A stretch of DNA of 32,000 nucleotides from Candidatus Pelagibacter ubique HTCC1062 (GTDB taxonomy: Bacteria > Pseudomonadota > Alphaproteobacteria > Pelagibacterales > Pelagibacteraceae): contig NC_007205.1 of NCBI RefSeq assembly GCF_000012345.1, positions 450,001 to 482,000 of the forward strand, read 5' to 3'. Below, one piece after another: positions 1-9,103 of the stretch; position 1 is the first letter of the stretch; each line of letters begins with the position of its first letter. Below the pieces are notes generated by a model. The model had not been told where the DNA came from, searched no databases, and was given only the letters and a program-made list of their open reading frames with translations. The position numbers and the translations under genes were made by a program.

Positions 1-1721
1 TTATATTATTTTCTTTATTTTTTGGTTTTGCAACCAACTCACAAGAACCAGTGGATATCTGGGAAGTGGGAGAAAAAAAACCTAAAGAAAACTTAATCTT
101 AACAGAAGATGAATTAGAAAAAAATATTCCCCAGAATAGTATTTATGATATGCAATCCCAAAAAGAAGGGGAATTAAGCATAGAAGAAACGCAAACTTTA
201 ATTTCAAAAGAAAAAAAATTAATCGGAATTTATGACCCTGCAGAAAATGGGTTGGATATTAATATGTGGTCCAATTCTAACGGAGATCAAATTTTAAATA
301 TCTTTAAAAGAATAGATAAATTGGAACTTTCAAGAGATGCTGAAGAGATTTTGGATGTTTTATTATTAACAAATGCACATTATCCAGAAATGAATATTTC
401 AAAAGAACAGTTTTTAGAAATTAAATCAAAGTGGCTTATTAAGCGCTCAAACTTTGACTTGATTGAAAAATATTTATTAAATAATGAGATTATTAATGAA
501 CATCCAAAACTTACCAAACACTTAGTAGATCATTATTTGTCTCAATCAGATGTTGAAAAAGCTTGTGAAATTTTTTCTAAAATTAATGAACCGATACAAG
601 ATTTATATTTATCTAAATTCAACATTTATTGCTTAATTAATAATAATAAAAGAGATGAAGCTCAATTGCTTATCGATCTTCAATTAGAATTAGGCATTGC
701 AGATAAGTTTTTTAATAAAAAAATTGATTATTTAATGGGGTATAATACAGAACCAGCAACAGAAGTTTCAGAAAAAACAATTTTAGATTTCCATTTATCT
801 CACAGAACGAACCCAGAATTTAAATTTGAACCAAAAAATACTACATCCAGGCAAATATGGAAATATCTATCAACTTCAAATCTATTAGATGATATCAGTG
901 ATATTGAACTTACAGATATAGAGAAAATTACGAGTATTGAAAAAGCAACACATGAAGGAAATTATGCAGAAAAAGAATTATTTGAACTTTATAAGAGATT
1001 TCAATTTAATATTAATCAATTATTAAATATTAAAGAGTCAACAAAAGTACTCTCAAGAATAGAGACAAGAGCGCTAATTTATCAAGGAATTTTAATTACT
1101 ACTGAAATTGAGAATAAGTTACAGTTAATGAATGCCCTCAAAAATTCTTTCAAGAATGACGGTATTGAGAATGCATTTAACATAGAATTAAAAAATTTTT
1201 TAAAAAATATAGAAGAGAACAAGGTGCCTTCAAATTTTACAACATTTTATCAAGATAATTTAGGTAATGAAGAGACAGAACAAGCAAATATTAAAATAAA
1301 TAATAAAATTTTACATCAATCAAAATTAATAAATTATTTAAAATTAGAAAAATCTAAAAATGATCCCACAAAAGATATAAATGATTTCTTAAAAAAGATA
1401 AAAAAAGATAAAAAATATTTTTTTTCTAAAAAAGATGTAATTTTAGTTGAGACCTTTAAGTCCGATGGTGTCAAGATTTTAGAGAAGTATGATGATTTAT
1501 ACCAAATAAACGATTCAGAAATACCTTCTGATATTCAAATATTTGTTAACAGTGGTGATATGGCTGCTGCATTGCTTAGAATTGTTGAGGTTATAGGGCA
1601 GGACAGCTTAAATGCTATTGATGAAGATACGTTATACTTTATTATAAGCACACTTAATCAGCTAAATGCGGATCCACTAAGAAATAAAATACTCTTTAAA
1701 GTTCTTCCTTTAAAAGTTTAA
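1..1721 (+). CDS. Exported protein of unknown function (5' end cut by window edge)
   Basis: The track ORF 51..1721 begins at a GTG. The same frame is open from nt 3 (ILFSLFFGFATNSQEP-VDIWE...), a hydrophobic signal-peptide-like segment that runs off the left edge. The true start is therefore upstream of the window. The protein is long, K/N/E/I/L-rich and probably helical. I recognise no catalytic motif. Confidence 0.6.
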   Translation, partial: ILFSLFFGFATNSQEPVDIWEVGEKKPKENLILTEDELEKNIPQNSIYDMQSQKEGELSIEETQTLISKEKKLIGIYDPAENGLDINMWSNSNGDQILNIFKRIDKLELSRDAEEILDVLLLTNAHYPEMNISKEQFLEIKSKWLIKRSNFDLIEKYLLNNEIINEHPKLTKHLVDHYLSQSDVEKACEIFSKINEPIQDLYLSKFNIYCLINNNKRDEAQLLIDLQLELGIADKFFNKKIDYLMGYNTEPATEVSEKTILDFHLSHRTNPEFKFEPKNTTSRQIWKYLSTSNLLDDISDIELTDIEKITSIEKATHEGNYAEKELFELYKRFQFNINQLLNIKESTKVLSRIETRALIYQGILITTEIENKLQLMNALKNSFKNDGIENAFNIELKNFLKNIEENKVPSNFTTFYQDNLGNEETEQANIKINNKILHQSKLINYLKLEKSKNDPTKDINDFLKKIKKDKKYFFSKKDVILVETFKSDGVKILEKYDDLYQINDSEIPSDIQIFVNSGDMAAALLRIVEVIGQDSLNAIDEDTLYFIISTLNQLNADPLRNKILFKVLPLKV

Positions 1722-1747
1722 AATTTATACTAAAATAATCAACCATA

Positions 1748-2266
1748 ATGTCAGTTAAATCAATTTTAACAGAACCAAATAAACTATTAAGGCAGATTTC
1801 TAAACCAGTTGAAAATGTTGGTGATGAAGAAAGAAGACTAATGGATGATATGTTGGATACTATGTATGCAGCACCGGGAATAGGTCTTGCAGCAATTCAA
1901 ATAGGGGTACCAAAAAGAATTATAGTAATGGATATAAGTAGAGATGAAGACAAAAAGGAGCCAAGATATTTTGTTAATCCAGTAATCAAAAATAAAAATG
2001 ATATAACGTCAAAATATGAAGAGGGTTGTTTGTCAGTTCCTGATCAGTTTGCTGAAATAGAAAGACCAAATGAATGTGAAGTTGAATATTTAGATTACAA
2101 TGGAAAAAAACAATTATTAAAAGCAGATGGATTATTGGCTACTTGTATTCAACATGAAATGGATCACTTAGAAGGAGTTTTGTTTATAGATTATTTATCT
2201 AAATTAAAAAAATCTATGATAATTAAAAAACTCTCTAAGATTAAGTCGAATAGAATAATCGTTTAA
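1748..2266 (+). CDS. def: Peptide deformylase
   Basis: All three deformylase motifs are present: GIGLAAIQIG, EGCLSVP and HEMDHLEG. The length (172 aa) is typical and fmt follows immediately. Confidence 0.95.
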   Translation: MSVKSILTEPNKLLRQISKPVENVGDEERRLMDDMLDTMYAAPGIGLAAIQIGVPKRIIVMDISRDEDKKEPRYFVNPVIKNKNDITSKYEEGCLSVPDQFAEIERPNECEVEYLDYNGKKQLLKADGLLATCIQHEMDHLEGVLFIDYLSKLKKSMIIKKLSKIKSNRIIV

Positions 2267-3199
2267 ATGACAAAGAAAATTGTCTTCATGGGTACACCAT
2301 TTTTTGCTGTACCAATTTTAAAATCTTTATATGAAAAAAATTATATAATACCTGCTGTATATACACAGCCACCAAAAAAATCTCAAAGAGGTCAAAAAAT
2401 AAATAAGTCGCCAATACAAATTGTAGCAGAAGATTATAATATAGATTGTAGAACACCAGACACATTAAAAACAAATAAAGAAGAATATGAATATTTAAAA
2501 CAACTAGATTTAGATTTAGTAATTGTTGTGGCCTATGGTCAAATAATACCCAAAGAATATTTAAATCTTGCCAAAAAAGGTTTTATAAATATTCACGCCT
2601 CCCTTTTGCCAAAGTGGAGAGGTGCTGCACCCATTCAAAGGTCTATTATGAATTTAGAGAAAGAAACAGGAATTAGTATTATGAAAATAGGAGAAAAACT
2701 TGATACTGGTCCAGTTGGCAATATTTATAGAATAAAAATTAAAGATAGTGATAATGCAGAAACAATATCAACTAAACTTTCAATTTTAGCTTCAGAAAAA
2801 ATCATAGAAAATGTAGAAAATATATTTGAAGATAAATTAACATTTAAAGAACAAGATGATACAAGCGCAACCTATGCTTCTAAAATTGAAAAATCAGAGG
2901 GTGAAATTAAGTGGAATGATAATGCAGAAAGTATTATTGGAAAAATAAACGGATTATACCCAAGCCCTGGGGCCTTTTTTATTTTTAAAGATGAAAGATA
3001 CAAAATTTTAAAAGCAGAATTAGGAAATAAAAGTGGTGAGATAGGCGAAGTAATGTCCAATGATTTAGAAATTAGCTGCGGTAACCAAAAATCTATCAAA
3101 ATTATTGAAATTCAAAGACAAGGAAAAAAGCCTCAAAATATTAATGAATTTGTTCTTGGTTCTCAAATTATAAAAGGCTCAAGAATAACAAATGTTTAG
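2267..3199 (+). CDS. fmt: Methionyl-tRNA formyltransferase
   Basis: Carries the formyltransferase motif HASLLPKWRGAAPIQ. The N-terminus MGTPFFAVPIL fits, as does the length (310 aa) and the canonical def-fmt pairing. The start codon directly abuts the def stop. Confidence 0.93.
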   Translation: MTKKIVFMGTPFFAVPILKSLYEKNYIIPAVYTQPPKKSQRGQKINKSPIQIVAEDYNIDCRTPDTLKTNKEEYEYLKQLDLDLVIVVAYGQIIPKEYLNLAKKGFINIHASLLPKWRGAAPIQRSIMNLEKETGISIMKIGEKLDTGPVGNIYRIKIKDSDNAETISTKLSILASEKIIENVENIFEDKLTFKEQDDTSATYASKIEKSEGEIKWNDNAESIIGKINGLYPSPGAFFIFKDERYKILKAELGNKSGEIGEVMSNDLEISCGNQKSIKIIEIQRQGKKPQNINEFVLGSQIIKGSRITNV

Positions 3200-3932
3200 A
3201 TATCAAGTCTTAATAGAATATATAGGAACTAATTTTGTTGGTTGGCAAATACAATCTAAAGGAAAATCAATTCAAAAAGAAATACAAGTTAAGTTATCAA
3301 AATTTTTAAAAGAAAAAGTGGTTTTGATAGGATCTGGAAGAACAGACGCAGGCGTTCATGCAATAGAGCAGTCAGCTCATTTTGATTGCAAAAAAGAAAT
3401 TCAAAATTTAGATAAGTTATTAAAGTCAATTAATCATTTTATAAATGATAAAGGTATTTCTGTTTTAGCAATTAAAAAAAGAAGTCTAAAATTTCATGCA
3501 CGACATTCTGCCAAACAAAGAATTTATAAATATATAATTTTTAATAGATTAAGTAAGCCTTCTCTTGAAAAAGAAAGAGGTTGGCACATAATCAAAAAAT
3601 TAGATATTGAGTTAATGAAAAAAGGATCAAAAAAACTTTTAGGTACTAAAGATTTTTCTACTTTTAGAGCATCAAGCTGTAATGCAAAAAGTCCAATCAA
3701 AACTATGAAATCTGTTAATATTAAATCAAAAGATGGAAGAATTGAAATACAATTTAAATCACAATCATTTTTACAACAACAAGTACGATCAATGGTAGGT
3801 AGTTTAAAGTACTTAGCTGAAAATAAATGGGATTTAAAAAAATTTGAATTTGTTATTAAATCAAAAAAAAGAATTCTTTGTGCGCCACCAGCACCTGCTG
3901 AGGGATTATTTTTAGAAAAAGTTATTTACTAG
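3192..3932 (+). CDS. truA: tRNA pseudouridine(38-40) synthase
   Basis: Contains GSGRTDAGVHA with the catalytic Asp and the F.GWQ.Q N-terminal motif (FVGWQIQ). Length is 246 aa. It overlaps fmt by 8 nt. Confidence 0.9.
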   Translation: MFRYQVLIEYIGTNFVGWQIQSKGKSIQKEIQVKLSKFLKEKVVLIGSGRTDAGVHAIEQSAHFDCKKEIQNLDKLLKSINHFINDKGISVLAIKKRSLKFHARHSAKQRIYKYIIFNRLSKPSLEKERGWHIIKKLDIELMKKGSKKLLGTKDFSTFRASSCNAKSPIKTMKSVNIKSKDGRIEIQFKSQSFLQQQVRSMVGSLKYLAENKWDLKKFEFVIKSKKRILCAPPAPAEGLFLEKVIY

Positions 3933-4401
3933 TTTTTTGTCGACCAATGCTAAATTTTTTATTAATTCTCCATCTAGATTCTGCTCTAACAATATAACCA
4001 CAACAATTTTTTGACTTACATTTGCATGGAAACTGTTTGTAATCTTCATCATAACCAAAACCATAATCAGCTGTAATCTCTTCACCTTTTTTAATATCTT
4101 TTATAGCAACCACCCATAACTTTAAACCTGTCCCGTTATAATCACAATTATTAGAACAAGAGTGATTTATTAAACGTGCTGTGTTCCAAGAAACATCTCC
4201 ATCCAAGTCATATTTTTTATTCAAATTAAATAAATATATGGGCTTTGCATTATCAAACTTTTGTGACTCTTCAGTTTGTTTCTTAGTGATAATTTTACCA
4301 ACATAATCAATAATTCTAGTACCTTTTTTGATATCTTTTGCAGCATATAGGCCACGACCTTTTTTATCGATGTCAGATTTTTTAATTTTGTAAAGTTTCA
4401 T
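3922..4401 (-). CDS. SET-domain protein-lysine N-methyltransferase with post-SET Cys cluster
   Basis: SET signatures are present in order: GRGLYAAKDIKKGTRI, RLINHSCSNNC (the NHSCxPN-type pseudoknot motif) and EEITADYGF (the ELxxDY type). A post-SET CKCKSKNCCG (CxCx4C) and a basic tail follow. The 3' end overlaps the truA 3' end by 11 nt in convergent orientation. Confidence 0.85.
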   Translation of the reverse strand: MKLYKIKKSDIDKKGRGLYAAKDIKKGTRIIDYVGKIITKKQTEESQKFDNAKPIYLFNLNKKYDLDGDVSWNTARLINHSCSNNCDYNGTGLKLWVVAIKDIKKGEEITADYGFGYDEDYKQFPCKCKSKNCCGYIVRAESRWRINKKFSIGRQKTSK

Positions 4402-4432
4402 TGTGAGTTCTTTAATGCGTATTGAGAAATTA

Positions 4433-5362
4433 TCAATTAAATTCTAGTAAAGCTTTTACATGCATCTCAGTGCTTTCTTGAAGTGCTTGTAGATCGTATC
4501 CACCTTCTAAAATTGACACTACTTTTCCATCACAATATTGTTTTGATAACTCGAGTGTTCTTTTGGTAATATTATAAAAATCTTTTGACTCTAATTGAAG
4601 TTGTGCCAATGGATCATCTTTATGAGCATCAAACCCTGCAGAAAGTAAGATAAATTCAGGTTTAAACTCTTTAATTTTATTAAGTACAAATTCATAAGCA
4701 TTTAAATATTCTTCGGAAGTTGTTCCTGCTGGCAAAGGAATATTTAATATATTGTTATGTTTTCCTTTTTCATCATTAGTGCCTGAGCCTGGGTAATAAG
4801 GGTATTGATGAGTAGAAATATATAGAACTTTTTCATTATCATAAAAAATATCTTGAGTGCCGTTTCCATGATGCACATCAAAATCAATAATTGCTATTTT
4901 TTTAAGTTTATATTTATTTATAAGATAATTGGCTCCAACAGCGACATTGTTATAAATACAAAAACCCATAGCTTTATTTTTCTCTGCATGATGTCCTGGA
5001 GGTCTAACGGCACAAAAAGCATTTTTAAAATCTTTATTTTGAACACCATCAATAGCTGTAATGATTGAACCTACTGCATCTAATGTAGCATCCTTACTTC
5101 CTGGGGAGACAATCGTGTCTCCATCTAAAAAGGATAATCCTTTTTCAGGAAAAGATTTTTCTACGAAATTTATATAATCGGAATTGTGAGTTATTTCTAA
5201 AAGTGATCGGTTAAATTTTGAAGGTTTTTTCCAAATTAAATTTTTATTATCCAATTTTTTGAAATTATCAATAACTACTGTAACTCTATCAATTTTCTCT
5301 GGATGACCGTCGCCCGTATTGTGATTTTGATAAGTATCAGAGGTTATTAAACCAGTTTTCAT
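4433..5362 (-). CDS. Histone deacetylase-family (arginase-fold) Zn-dependent deacetylase / acetylpolyamine-type amidohydrolase
   Basis: HDAC signatures are RPPGHHAE, DFDVHHGNGTQDIF, SAGFDAHKDDPL and LEGGY. The Zn ligands and the catalytic His pair are present. Length is 309 aa. Confidence 0.88.
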   Translation of the reverse strand: MKTGLITSDTYQNHNTGDGHPEKIDRVTVVIDNFKKLDNKNLIWKKPSKFNRSLLEITHNSDYINFVEKSFPEKGLSFLDGDTIVSPGSKDATLDAVGSIITAIDGVQNKDFKNAFCAVRPPGHHAEKNKAMGFCIYNNVAVGANYLINKYKLKKIAIIDFDVHHGNGTQDIFYDNEKVLYISTHQYPYYPGSGTNDEKGKHNNILNIPLPAGTTSEEYLNAYEFVLNKIKEFKPEFILLSAGFDAHKDDPLAQLQLESKDFYNITKRTLELSKQYCDGKVVSILEGGYDLQALQESTEMHVKALLEFN

Positions 5363-5557
5363 TTAAGATAGATATTCTTGGTAAATAGTTTCTCGTTCTA
5401 CTTTTGGCATTCCTTTGGTTCTTTCTACAAACTCATTACGTTGCTCTCTATTTTTAAAAACAAAAAAACAAACTGTATCTTTAGAGTGATAAATAGCTTT
5501 TAATTCATCATCAATATCATTCAGTTCTTTAGGAATATCTGTTTTAATGCAAATCAT
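5363..5557 (-). CDS. Small protein of unknown function (64 aa)
   Basis: The ORF exactly fills the space between dapE and the HDAC-like gene. Its ATG overlaps the dapE stop by 1 nt (TAATG) and its stop directly abuts the next ATG. This packing argues for a real gene. I recognise no motif. Confidence 0.55.
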   Translation of the reverse strand: MICIKTDIPKELNDIDDELKAIYHSKDTVCFFVFKNREQRNEFVERTKGMPKVERETIYQEYLS

Positions 5558-6711
5558 TAAAAGTAATTTTTAAGAATTTCAGAATATATCTTTGTTAACT
5601 TTTTTAAGTCTGAAATAGATACTGCCTCATCTACTTTGTGCATTGTTTTACCTACTAAACCAAATTCTAAACATGGAGCAATTTTTCTAATAAATCTTGC
5701 ATCTGAAGTTCCACCTGTTGTAGACAATTGAGGTTTAATTTTTGTAATTTTTTTTATTACATCTTGAATCATGTAAGTTGTTTTATTGGGCTTAGTTAAA
5801 AAAGCTTCACCTGATACACGATATTCTACTTTAAAATTAGACTTATCCTTTTTAGTAATTTTTTTGAAAATTTTATTTAATCTATTCTTTAAGCTAGAAG
5901 ATGTATGTTTATTATTAAATCTTATGTTGAAAGTGGCTCTTGCAAGTCCTGGAATAACATTATCAGCTGTATTATTGATATTAATTTTAGTTACCTCTAA
6001 ATTTGTAGGCTGAAAGTCTTTTGTTCCTTTATCAAATTTTATTTCTTTTATTTCATTTAGTATTTTTATTAATGAAGTCGATGGATTTTTAGCACGATGA
6101 GGATATGCAACATGACCTTGAGTTCCAATTATAGTTAATTCAGCATTGATACTTCCTCTTCTACCAATTTTAATCATTTCACCAAGTTTATTAGGGTTTG
6201 TTGGCTCACCAACTAAGCAAAAATCTATTTTTTCTTTTTTCTTTTTTAAGTAATCAACTACTTTTTTAGTACCATTAATTGCAACACCTTCTTCATCACC
6301 AGTAATTAATAAACTAATTGATCCATTAATTTTTTTATTAGTTAATACATAGTTGTTTACAGCAACAACCCAGCTTGCAATTGCACTTTTCATATCATTA
6401 GCACCTCTACCAATAAGATGATTTTTTTTAATAGTTGGACTAAAAGGTTTAATCGTCCAATCTTGTATATTTCCGGGAGGCACTACATCCAAATGACCAG
6501 CAAACATAAAGTTTGGTTGAGTATTACCCAATCTTGCATATAGGTTTTTAACTGGTTTAGAGTTTTTATCTTTAAACTCTAAAATCTTACATTTAAATCC
6601 AATAGTAGTTAATTTTTTAGCTAAGAATTTCATTACCCCAGCATCAATTGGTGTAATGCTTGGAAATCTTATTAGCTCTTTAGCTAATGTGATTTCATTA
6701 TAAGTTGGCAT
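5557..6711 (-). CDS. dapE: Succinyl-diaminopimelate desuccinylase (M20 peptidase)
   Basis: M20 motifs are GHLDVVPPG, GRGANDMK and TGDEEG, followed by GGTSDARF near the C-terminus. Length is 384 aa and it lies adjacent to dapD. Confidence 0.9.
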   Translation of the reverse strand: MPTYNEITLAKELIRFPSITPIDAGVMKFLAKKLTTIGFKCKILEFKDKNSKPVKNLYARLGNTQPNFMFAGHLDVVPPGNIQDWTIKPFSPTIKKNHLIGRGANDMKSAIASWVVAVNNYVLTNKKINGSISLLITGDEEGVAINGTKKVVDYLKKKKEKIDFCLVGEPTNPNKLGEMIKIGRRGSINAELTIIGTQGHVAYPHRAKNPSTSLIKILNEIKEIKFDKGTKDFQPTNLEVTKININNTADNVIPGLARATFNIRFNNKHTSSSLKNRLNKIFKKITKKDKSNFKVEYRVSGEAFLTKPNKTTYMIQDVIKKITKIKPQLSTTGGTSDARFIRKIAPCLEFGLVGKTMHKVDEAVSISDLKKLTKIYSEILKNYF

Positions 6712-7539
6712 TTAGTCTCTTAATAAGTCGTTAATAGAAGTTTTAGATCTAGTTTTTTCATCAACTTGTTTAATAATTACTGCACAATATAAAGCAGGAC
6801 CTTTACCATCTTTACTAGGAATGCTACCTGGAACTATTACTGAGTATGGTGGAATTTTTCCATAAATTACTTCACCAGTTTCTCGATAAACAATTTTTGT
6901 AGATTGACCAATAAATACACCCATAGATAATACAGATCCTTCTCCAACAATTACTCCTTCAACTATTTCTGAACGAGCTCCAATAAAGCAATTGTCTTCG
7001 ATGATAGTAGGGTTAGCTTGCATTGGCTCTAATACACCTCCAATTCCAGCACCACCTGATATGTGACAGTTCTTTCCTATTTGTGCACAAGACCCTACAG
7101 AAGCCCAAGTGTCCACCATAGTTCCTTCATCTACATAAGCTCCAATATTTACAAAGCAAGGCATTAGTACTGCATTCTTTCCAATAAAAGATCCTTTTCT
7201 AACTGGAGAATTTGGAACCATTCTAAAACCAGCTTTTATATGATCTTCCTTAGTCCAATTTGCTGTTTTACCTTTTAATAAATGAGATTTATCATACCAA
7301 CTACTATACGGGCCGCTTAATGAATCCATATCATGAGTTCTAAAACTTAACATTATTGCTTTTTTAACCCACTGATTAACTACCCACTCATTGCCATTTT
7401 TTTCAGCAACTCTTAGCTCACCTTTATCAACAAGTTCAATTGTTTGGTTGATAGCATCTAATATAGATTTATCAGATTGACCATTTATGGAATCTTTATT
7501 TTCCCAAGCTGTATTAATAATGCTTTCAAATTCTTTCAT
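6712..7539 (-). CDS. dapD: 2,3,4,5-tetrahydropyridine-2,6-dicarboxylate N-succinyltransferase
   Basis: The left-handed beta-helix hexapeptide region ([40 protein letters not shown]...[20 protein letters not shown]) is typical of the 275-aa DapD. Confidence 0.92.
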   Translation of the reverse strand: MKEFESIINTAWENKDSINGQSDKSILDAINQTIELVDKGELRVAEKNGNEWVVNQWVKKAIMLSFRTHDMDSLSGPYSSWYDKSHLLKGKTANWTKEDHIKAGFRMVPNSPVRKGSFIGKNAVLMPCFVNIGAYVDEGTMVDTWASVGSCAQIGKNCHISGGAGIGGVLEPMQANPTIIEDNCFIGARSEIVEGVIVGEGSVLSMGVFIGQSTKIVYRETGEVIYGKIPPYSVIVPGSIPSKDGKGPALYCAVIIKQVDEKTRSKTSINDLLRD

Positions 7540-7568
7540 AGTTTTATTTTATCTTTAGTAGGTTAGTT

Positions 7569-8240
7569 TTATTGTGCTTTTAATATATTAATTTCTTGAA
7601 GAAAAGAAGGCAAGTTCTTAATCTTATAATCAATATATGGTTTATCGGCATCTTTTTTTGCAAATACTTCATCATTCTCAAGCCAACAAGTTTTCATTCC
7701 TAAATTTTTCGCTTGTTCTAAATTATGAGCAATATCTTCGATTAATATTGATTTTGTTGGATCAAGCTCAAATTTTTCTACTATCTTTTCATAAGGTTCA
7801 ATTTTTGGTTTTGGAATAAAATTTGCATCAACAATATCAAACGCTCCATCAAACAAACCATCTATACCTAGTTGTTTAGTTACATTTTCAACATGAGCGT
7901 GAGAACCATTAGTAAAAATATATTTCTTTTCTTTTATTTTAATTAATTCTTCTCTTAATATCTCATCTTTAGGAAGCCAGCTAATATCAATATCATGAAC
8001 AAATTCCAAAAATTCATGTGGATCAATTTTATCGTGACTCATTAATCCAGATAATGTCGTTCCATATTCATAGAAGTATTTTTTTTGAATTTCTCTTGCT
8101 TTAATTAAATCGACATTAAATTTCTTTGAAATAAAAGAAGACATCTTTTTATCAACTTCAGAAAAAACCTTTGTTTGTCCAGAATACAAAGTATTATCTA
8201 AGTCGAATAGCCAGTATTTAGTATCAATTAAATTTTTCAT
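7569..8240 (-). CDS. HAD-superfamily hydrolase, pyrimidine 5'-nucleotidase-like
   Basis: HAD motif I is FDLDNTLY, motif II is TNGS, and motif IV-like is EDIAHNL. Length is 223 aa. The substrate assignment is by family resemblance only. Confidence 0.7.
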   Translation of the reverse strand: MKNLIDTKYWLFDLDNTLYSGQTKVFSEVDKKMSSFISKKFNVDLIKAREIQKKYFYEYGTTLSGLMSHDKIDPHEFLEFVHDIDISWLPKDEILREELIKIKEKKYIFTNGSHAHVENVTKQLGIDGLFDGAFDIVDANFIPKPKIEPYEKIVEKFELDPTKSILIEDIAHNLEQAKNLGMKTCWLENDEVFAKKDADKPYIDYKIKNLPSFLQEINILKAQ

Positions 8241-9103
8241 TCTCTAATTAAAGTTCCTGAACCTTTATCAGATAATAGTTCAAAAAGGAGTGAGTGATTT
8301 TTTCTGCCATCAATTATTACAACTGCCTTAACTCCATTACTTGCAACATCTAGACAATTCTTAATTTTAGGTATCATTCCACCAGAAATTACTTCTTGAT
8401 CAATTAATTCATTAGCTTTTTTAGAATTAATTTCAGGGATTAGTTTTTTTTCACTGTCTAATACGCCCTCAACATCACTAATAATCATTAATCTTCTAGC
8501 TTTTAGTTCAATTGCAATCGATCCTGCAGTAGTATCTGCATTTATATTAAAGGTCTGATTATCTTTATCCAAACCTAAGGGTGCAATGACTGGTACTTTG
8601 TTTGCTTTTATTATTTCAGTTAAGAACTCTTTGTTAATCCCAGTAGGCCTTCCCACAAATCCAAGGTCTTTGTTTTCTTGTACGACAGTAATTATATTAT
8701 TTTCTTTTGAGGTAATTCTTTTTGCTTTGCAATCTAACTCATTTAAAGCTTCAACAATCTCTTTATTAAATTCGATTAATACATCCTCAACTATGTTGAT
8801 CGTATCTTTATCAGTAACTCTTAGTCCGTTAATAAAATTGCTTTTAATATTAACTTCTAAAAGCTTACTATTAATTCTTTTTCCACCTCCATGAACAATT
8901 ATAGGATTGAAACCAAGTTTTTTTAAAACGACTACATCTTCAATAAAAACTTTAAATAATTTTGGATCAACTAAAACACTGCCACCACACTTAATGATAA
9001 TAAATTCATCATTATATTTTTCTAAATATTTTTTTACTTCTTCAACTGTTGGGCCATCTTTGGGTAGGATATTTATTAATTCTTCTTCTCTTAACGATGA
9101 CAT
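8237..9103 (-). CDS. argB: Acetylglutamate kinase
   Basis: Amino-acid kinase motifs are IIKCGGS, IVHGGG and NINADTTAG. Length is 288 aa. The next gene's ATG overlaps its stop (ATGA). Confidence 0.9.
   Translation of the reverse strand: MSSLREEELINILPKDGPTVEEVKKYLEKYNDEFIIIKCGGSVLVDPKLFKVFIEDVVVLKKLGFNPIIVHGGGKRINSKLLEVNIKSNFINGLRVTDKDTINIVEDVLIEFNKEIVEALNELDCKAKRITSKENNIITVVQENKDLGFVGRPTGINKEFLTEIIKANKVPVIAPLGLDKDNQTFNINADTTAGSIAIELKARRLMIISDVEGVLDSEKKLIPEINSKKANELIDQEVISGGMIPKIKNCLDVASNGVKAVVIIDGRKNHSLLFELLSDKGSGTLIRE

Noticed and set aside
2286-3099. Short minus-strand ORFs within fmt (2286..2474, 2872..3099), and similar embedded ORFs elsewhere. These are at 4853..5068, 5786..6013, 7637..7819, 9892..10098, 11780..11974, 12077..12262, 13068..13253, 13823..14059, 14988..15242, 15659..15865, 18396..18590, 18883..19143, 20605..20829, 26171..26374, 27907..28131 and 31488..31682.
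   Set aside because: All are 60-86 aa and nested inside longer genes with clear family motifs. Most lie on the opposite strand and one (9892..10098) lies in another frame of the same strand. None has a recognisable motif.
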